In this document: in pieces, positions 27,322 to 32,000 of the stretch
Layout of the letters: each line of letters starts with the position of its first letter
Position numbering within the stretch: the stretch's first letter is position 1
Assembly (NCBI RefSeq): GCF_000341395.1
Contig: NC_020304.1
Location: 1,620,001-1,652,000, forward strand
Reading direction: 5' to 3'
DNA length: 32,000 nucleotides
Source of the DNA: Desulfocapsa sulfexigens DSM 10523
GTDB lineage: Bacteria > Desulfobacterota > Desulfobulbia > Desulfobulbales > Desulfocapsaceae
Notes under the pieces: generated by a model
Told to the model about the DNA's origin: nothing
What the model saw: the letters and a program-made list of their open reading frames with translations, nothing else
Databases searched by the model: none
Position numbers and translations under genes: made by a program

Positions 27322-28119
27322 CTATGGTTTTACTGCCTCAATAGTTGCCGAAACAACGTAATCCTCAACTTTACTTCCAGGCGCCCAGTTACGAATAAAG
27401 GTTTTACTTTCGTCTTTTTGCCTGATCTGGATATTCTCGAAGCCGGCTTGCTGTAACATAGATTCGAGTTCTTGGACGTAAGATGCGCCAGCGATACAAC
27501 CAGTATACATTGCCATATCTTCCTTTACGTCGCCAGGCATCTCAGCGGTGGCAACAATATCGGAAATTGCCAACCTCCCCCCTTGTTTTAATACGCGGAA
27601 TGCCTCACGGAACACCCTTTCTTTCTTGGGAGAGAGGTTGATTACACAATTGGAAATGATGACATCAATAATCCCATCGGCAATTGGCAGGTTTTCCAAC
27701 TCCCCCAGGCGAAAATCGACATTTTCATAACCTGAAATATCAGAATTTTGGCGAGCTTTGCTTACCATTTCCGGTGTCATATCAACACCTATAACTTGCC
27801 CTGATTCGCCAACTTCCTTAACGGCAAGAAAGGAATCAAAACCACCACCACTCCCCAAATCTAAAACAGTCTCGCCAGATTTTAGTAAGGCTATAGCTTT
27901 GGGGTTTCCGCAACCTAAACCCATATTTGCACCGTCTGGTACCTCATTTACATCAGCATTTGAATAACCGAGTTCCATTGAGGTGGCTTTTGCATCGGGG
28001 GCAGATTTGCCGCAACATGAAAATGCTGAACATCCACAACCGGAATTGCCTGATTCGGCAACCTTGCCATACTGTTCACGAACGGCTTTGCGAATATTGT
28101 CATTACTTAACTGTGTCAT
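27322..28119 (-). CDS. arsM: arsenite methyltransferase
   Basis: 'LGYSNADVNEVPDGANMGLGCGNPKAIALLKSGETVLDLGSGGGFDSFLA', 'SNCVINLSPKKERVFREAFRVLKQGGRLAISDIV'; start revised to 28119 with SD AAAGGAGA. Confidence 0.93.
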   Translation of the reverse strand: MTQLSNDNIRKAVREQYGKVAESGNSGCGCSAFSCCGKSAPDAKATSMELGYSNADVNEVPDGANMGLGCGNPKAIALLKSGETVLDLGSGGGFDSFLAVKEVGESGQVIGVDMTPEMVSKARQNSDISGYENVDFRLGELENLPIADGIIDVIISNCVINLSPKKERVFREAFRVLKQGGRLAISDIVATAEMPGDVKEDMAMYTGCIAGASYVQELESMLQQAGFENIQIRQKDESKTFIRNWAPGSKVEDYVVSATIEAVKP

Positions 28120-28207
28120 TGTTGTCTCCTTTGATGAGGTTAAAAAAGATACGTACACTCTTGTAGACGGAGACAAGCAAAAAAGGATGCATATTTTATT
28201 GAGCTAG

Positions 28208-28753
28208 CTAGCAATATTTACAATATTTATTCTTTTTCTTATACGAAACCAATGTGTTGTTGTGATTGATTTCAATTTGACAGCAGTCATGTAGCATTGT
28301 TTTTAGTAAAGCTCTGCCCCTTTGAACTCTTGATTTTGCGCCAGACAATGAAATGTTTTCCATTTCTGCTATTTCTTTTTGGTTTTTATGCTCTAATTCA
28401 GAAAGCCGAACAGCTTCACGATATTTATCAGGTAGTTCTTTAACCATCGGCTCAAGACATGATGATAATTCTTTTCTGATTGTTTCCTTTTCATCGTGTT
28501 GAGGTTGCTCTATCCAATCAGGCAGATTTTTGGTTGGTCTTCTTGAACGATAGTAGTCTATTACCGTATTTCTAGTTATTTGATACAACCAACTCTCAAG
28601 CTTTTTATTTTCCTTCAGAGAATCAATTCGAGTATGTATTTTTATAAATACATCTTGGAGGAGATCATCCACCACATCTTCAGCAACTTTACCTCTTATG
28701 AAGGCGGTTAACTTCATGTGGTATTCATGCCAGATGTTTTCGGTTGATTTCAT
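28208..28753 (-). CDS. RNA polymerase sigma-70 family factor, SigZ-like
   Basis: 'DVVDDLLQDVFIKIHTRIDSLKENKKLESWLYQITRNTVIDYYR', 'LPDKYREAVRLSELEHKNQKEIAEMENISLSGAKSRVQRGRALLKTMLHDCCQIEIN'; start revised to 28753. Confidence 0.88.
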   Translation of the reverse strand: MKSTENIWHEYHMKLTAFIRGKVAEDVVDDLLQDVFIKIHTRIDSLKENKKLESWLYQITRNTVIDYYRSRRPTKNLPDWIEQPQHDEKETIRKELSSCLEPMVKELPDKYREAVRLSELEHKNQKEIAEMENISLSGAKSRVQRGRALLKTMLHDCCQIEINHNNTLVSYKKKNKYCKYC

Positions 28754-28783
28754 GCTGATTCCTTTTGAGGCGAATAGCGCCCG

Positions 28784-28881
28784 AGCTAACCGGCTTGCCA
28801 ACCAGTTGGCTACCAATTTTAGACGATTGTAATTGTTGAAGCCAACTCAAAAGAACGGGTGTGGTCGCTAGTCGGGTTGAT
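28784..28881 (-). repeat. attC-like region
   Basis: Minus strand AATCAAC ... GGTTAGCT; contains perfect palindrome GCCAACCAGTTGGC (28797-28810) and the 21-nt core shared with 21331-21351. Confidence 0.35.
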
Positions 28882-28916
28882 TAGTTTGTTTTTAAAAGCA
28901 GGCACCTATGGTATCT

Positions 28917-29771
28917 TTATTTCTTTTTGAATAATTTGTAAATTGCAGAAAAGTCTTCTTGATCCATACCTTCTTCAAATGTTCTAGCGTAAAGTTCTTT
29001 TATTACAGAGCCCGTAAAAAGAGTTTTTTTCTGTTCATATGCTAAGTCTTGGAGGCAATGAAGATCTTTATATATTAAGGCACATGAAAAATGAGTTGAA
29101 AAATCTTCTTCCAGTAACTTCATCTTCTTGGCGTTGAGCACGAGGGAATTTCCACCGCCTACAGATAAAATTTCTAATATTTCTTTCTTTGCGATTCCAA
29201 TTTCTTCACCTAGGGACAAGGCTTCAGCAATAGTTGCCATAAAGCTGCCTAATGCAAGATTATTGATCAGTTTCATTTTTGTAGCTAGTGCTGGCTCATT
29301 AAAATAAAAAAGATGTTTCCCAATATTTTCCAATAATGGTTTAACCTTTTCATATCCTGTTGTATCACCGCTAACTAAAACTGTAAGAGAGCCTTGTGAT
29401 GCAGGAACAACGCTACCTAGTACTGGAGCTTCTAGATAAGTAGCCCCTGCATTTTTGCAAAGTTCATGGAAATTTGAAACTTCTTTAAAATGGTTTGTAG
29501 ATAAGTCTATAATAATCTTTCCTGCAATTTCACCGGACAAAATTCCATTTTCTTGGGTAAGAACAGAATTGACAGCATTGCTGTCAAACATACATAAAAA
29601 AACAACTTCGGCATTTTGAGTAACTGAAACGGGAGATGATGCAATTTCAACCAACATGCCCTCGGATTTCGAATGAGTTCTGTTCCAAACAGTCAGATTA
29701 TGACCACAGTCTAAAAGTCTTCCGGCAATTGCTTTGCCAAGGTGTCCAAGCCCTATGAATCCTAATTGCAT
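28917..29771 (-). CDS. NAD(P)-dependent beta-hydroxyacid dehydrogenase-like oxidoreductase
   Basis: 'MQLGFIGLGHLGKAIAGRLLDCGHNLTVWNRTHSK', 'FLEAPVLGSVVPASQGSLTVLVSGD', 'KLINNLALG'-type catalytic Lys region. Confidence 0.93.
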   Translation of the reverse strand: MQLGFIGLGHLGKAIAGRLLDCGHNLTVWNRTHSKSEGMLVEIASSPVSVTQNAEVVFLCMFDSNAVNSVLTQENGILSGEIAGKIIIDLSTNHFKEVSNFHELCKNAGATYLEAPVLGSVVPASQGSLTVLVSGDTTGYEKVKPLLENIGKHLFYFNEPALATKMKLINNLALGSFMATIAEALSLGEEIGIAKKEILEILSVGGGNSLVLNAKKMKLLEEDFSTHFSCALIYKDLHCLQDLAYEQKKTLFTGSVIKELYARTFEEGMDQEDFSAIYKLFKKK

Positions 29772-29802
29772 ATTGTTACCTCAATAATTTTATTTGGGAG
29801 GC

Positions 29803-30672
29803 TTATCGTAAAGCGTAACCGACTGGCAAAAACCGAGTGACCGATAGGGAGCGGAGCTTTTGCAAATCCGAGTTTACGCGTTTGTTATGTTTTATTTCGC
29901 CTGTGAATTGGCTCCATCCTTGGTGAACTGTAAATCCATATACTGAGGATAGTGCTTCATCAAGTGTTTTACCTTGTTCTAGTGCGGTAAATAGTTTCCT
30001 AAACTTGCTCGGACTCATATCGTGTAACCACCTTACATACATTTCACTCTGTCGATAAAACATATGTGTTTTTAAGCCAAAGCTGCTTGCTGTTTTCCTG
30101 AATATAAGGGCACCAGAACCATTTGGTTTGATGGTCTTTCCTTGGTATATAGCTTCAGCTGCTTCTTGCTCAGTAACCTTTTCGGCTCCACCCCCATTTG
30201 ACACATAGACTGCCAAACCTTCTTTGAACCACACTGGTAATTTGGTTTGATAATTCCAACGACCAATATCCTGGGTGTGCTGTAAGTGTGACAGCTCATG
30301 CGTGAGTATCCCTGGAATTCTATTTTTTTGTTTTAATAACTTTGGAGAAGCAAACAGCCTATCTCCAATAACGCAGCTAGATGGATATTTTGAAGCACAA
30401 TAAGAAGAAAAGCTGTCAATAGATTTTGTTACGTAGATTACTACAGGTTTTTCGAATGCTCCTTGCTTGTTTTCAATAGTTTGTACGGCTGCCTCCAAGT
30501 ATGGAGCTATTTCTTCAGCATATTTTATAGAACCATCTTCATACTTTATCCGGGAATCTTGTTTCAAACTCTGAAACCCGTCTGTTGATTTTGTCATTGC
30601 GAGCACAGTGCTAAACGTTGTGCACCCATTTAACGCCAATAGACAAAAAATGATTATAGATATATAGCGCAT
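29803..30672 (-). CDS. lipoprotein metallopeptidase-like (HExxH)
   Basis: 'MRYISIIIFCLLALNGC' lipobox with SD AGGAG; 'RIPGILTHELSHLQHTQDIGRWNYQTKLPVWFKEGLAVYVSNGGG'. Start revised to 30672. Confidence 0.85.
   Translation of the reverse strand: MRYISIIIFCLLALNGCTTFSTVLAMTKSTDGFQSLKQDSRIKYEDGSIKYAEEIAPYLEAAVQTIENKQGAFEKPVVIYVTKSIDSFSSYCASKYPSSCVIGDRLFASPKLLKQKNRIPGILTHELSHLQHTQDIGRWNYQTKLPVWFKEGLAVYVSNGGGAEKVTEQEAAEAIYQGKTIKPNGSGALIFRKTASSFGLKTHMFYRQSEMYVRWLHDMSPSKFRKLFTALEQGKTLDEALSSVYGFTVHQGWSQFTGEIKHNKRVNSDLQKLRSLSVTRFLPVGYALR
29813..29890 (-). repeat. attC-like site overlapping the 3' end of the upstream ORF
   Basis: Minus strand ACATAAC-AAACGCGTAAACTCGGATTTGC ... GGTTACGC with partially complementary arms. 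Confidence 0.4.
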
Positions 30673-30687
30673 GGGCACTCCTATCAA

Positions 30688-30769
30688 ACATAACGACCCA
30701 ACTCAGGCGACCGCTGCCGCAAGGCGATGCCAGGAGTGGTGCGGTGGCCGGTCGAACTGAAGCTCCGTA
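30688..30769 (-). repeat. attC-like imperfect inverted repeat
   Basis: Minus strand CAGTTCGACCGGCCACCGCA ... TGCGGCAGCGGTCGCCTGAGTTGGGTC-GTTATGT, immediately upstream of the SD/ATG of the 29803..30672 gene. Confidence 0.45.
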
Positions 30770-30966
30770 TTATGCATTTCCTGAAATAACTGTTGTACTA
30801 AAACCTTCATCAGAGGTGGGGGCAACAAAATACTTTGTAACCTGCTCAAACATCTCTGGCGTATCAGTTGCCGCCCTCTCGGGCTGTTCAGCGCGCCTTT
30901 TAGCGATCCGCACTATGCAGGCATCGTTTGACAAATCAATGTAGATTTTCCTCAGTCTCTTTGCAT
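30770..30966 (-). pseudogene. C-terminal remnant of an AAA/zeta-toxin-like ATP-binding protein
   Basis: Minus-strand open frame without start: 'AKRLRKIYIDLSNDACIVRIAKRRAEQPERAATDTPEMFEQVTKYFVAPTSDEGFSTTVISGNA*'. Confidence 0.55.
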
Positions 30967-31389
30967 AGCAGTGTTAAATAAATGGATAGTGTCCATGATA
31001 TTACCTTATGTCTGGTCACTTTTTCCACTTATTTTCGTACTGTGCTAGAGTATGTGAAAAACATCACCCATTTATTTCCTTTTACTTATATTTTCTACCA
31101 TATCAAATAGTAAGGCAACTAGATGGAAAGACAATGCCTGTCAACAACAGATTGCTTTAGAAGCTGTGAATATGTATCACATATATAGTGGAGGGTCCGG
31201 CGGTGAGGTTAATAAGTACCGTGATATAAGTTTGTTGGATGACTTTATGGTGATCCTGTCAAGGTGTGAGTATTTAGCCGGTAGTTCCCCGTTGACTCAA
31301 ATAACAACTTTAATTGATCATAGCAGAACTCTGTAGTAGTGTTTTGTCGATAGAGGTTCTTAGATGATTAGCAAGAGTGGGAGTTTTGA

Positions 31390-32000
31390 ATGGAATACAG
31401 ATATATCGGTCAAAGTGGCCTTCGGGTAAGTCCTGTTTGTCTTGGAACTATGACCTTTGGCTCCATGTGTGATAAAAAGACATCCTTTGCTATTATGGAT
31501 AAGGCTTATGATGCCGGGATTAATTTTTTAGATACTGCCGAGGTTTATCCGGTACCACCAAGGGCAAATACTATTGGTATAACGGAAGAAATTGTCGGTG
31601 AGTGGCTGCAGGGAAAAAACAGGGATTCCTTGATTATCGCGACAAAGGTTGCCGGTGCCGCTTCTGGCTGGTTTGTGCCGCCGGTACGTTCAGGGCTCAC
31701 TGCCATTGACGCCCACCATATCATAAAGGGTGTTGAAGGAAGTCTTCGTCGTTTGAAATGTGATTATATCGACCTGTATCAAATGCACTGGCCTGATTCC
31801 GTTGTCCCACGAGAAGAGTCTATGGAGGCTTTTGACAGTCTTGTTCGATCGGGAATGGTTCGTTATCTCGGGACATCCAATGATACCGCTTACGGAACAA
31901 CTAAATCCAATATGATTGCAAAATATCAGGGGTATAAGCGTTTTGAATCTATTCAAAATAACTTTTCACTCCTGAATCGCAGATTCCTTGATGAGATGGT
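31390..32000 (+). CDS. aldo/keto reductase (3' end outside the window)
   Basis: 'MEYRYIGQSGLRVSPVCLGTMTFGSMCDKK', 'YDAGINFLDTAEVYP', 'LKCDYIDLYQMHWPD'. Confidence 0.93.
   Translation, partial: MEYRYIGQSGLRVSPVCLGTMTFGSMCDKKTSFAIMDKAYDAGINFLDTAEVYPVPPRANTIGITEEIVGEWLQGKNRDSLIIATKVAGAASGWFVPPVRSGLTAIDAHHIIKGVEGSLRRLKCDYIDLYQMHWPDSVVPREESMEAFDSLVRSGMVRYLGTSNDTAYGTTKSNMIAKYQGYKRFESIQNNFSLLNRRFLDEM

Noticed and set aside
1-32000. CRISPR array, tRNA/rRNA, phage module or toxin-antitoxin/defence island
   Set aside because: No regularly spaced direct repeats, RNA gene signatures, phage structural genes or paired toxin-antitoxin ORFs seen by eye; a tool scan would be needed to exclude small RNA genes.

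Overview
The window looks like a Gram-negative chromosome, deltaproteobacterial-like judging from the gene set (inference only). Left part (0-14 kb) is mostly ordinary chromosome: a PhnD-GAF-HD-GYP sensor that is 5'-partial at the window edge, a universal stress protein, DMT and LysE exporters, an exported beta-carbonic anhydrase, a LuxR regulator, mscL, a YwbE-like protein and a DUF6178-like protein. It also holds an unusual three-gene envelope module: beta-barrel, permuted papain-like lipoprotein and HExxH lipoprotein. The two most interesting regions follow. (1) 14.0-18.5 kb is a minus-strand cluster with a PqqD-like/radical SAM/SPASM maturase directly downstream of a 126-aa peptide whose C-terminal half has 11 Cys at roughly 5-6 residue spacing. 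This is a strong candidate RiPP system. A rhodanese gene and a secreted Cys-containing protein lie nearby, and two copies of a ~70-bp inverted-repeat element bracket the maturase/precursor genes. (2) ~17-31 kb is a run of short, co-oriented accessory genes on the minus strand: DJ-1/PfpI + TetR, two GNATs, transglutaminase-like, class III aminotransferase, TPR proteins, ArsM + SigZ-like sigma factor, beta-hydroxyacid dehydrogenase-like, and an HExxH lipoprotein. Several are separated by imperfect inverted repeats placed like integron attC sites, so I propose a diverged or integrase-less cassette array (CALIN-like). An IS110-family element with highly structured flanks sits inside it. The window ends in a 3'-truncated aldo/keto reductase. 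No integrase, CRISPR array, rRNA or tRNA was recognised.
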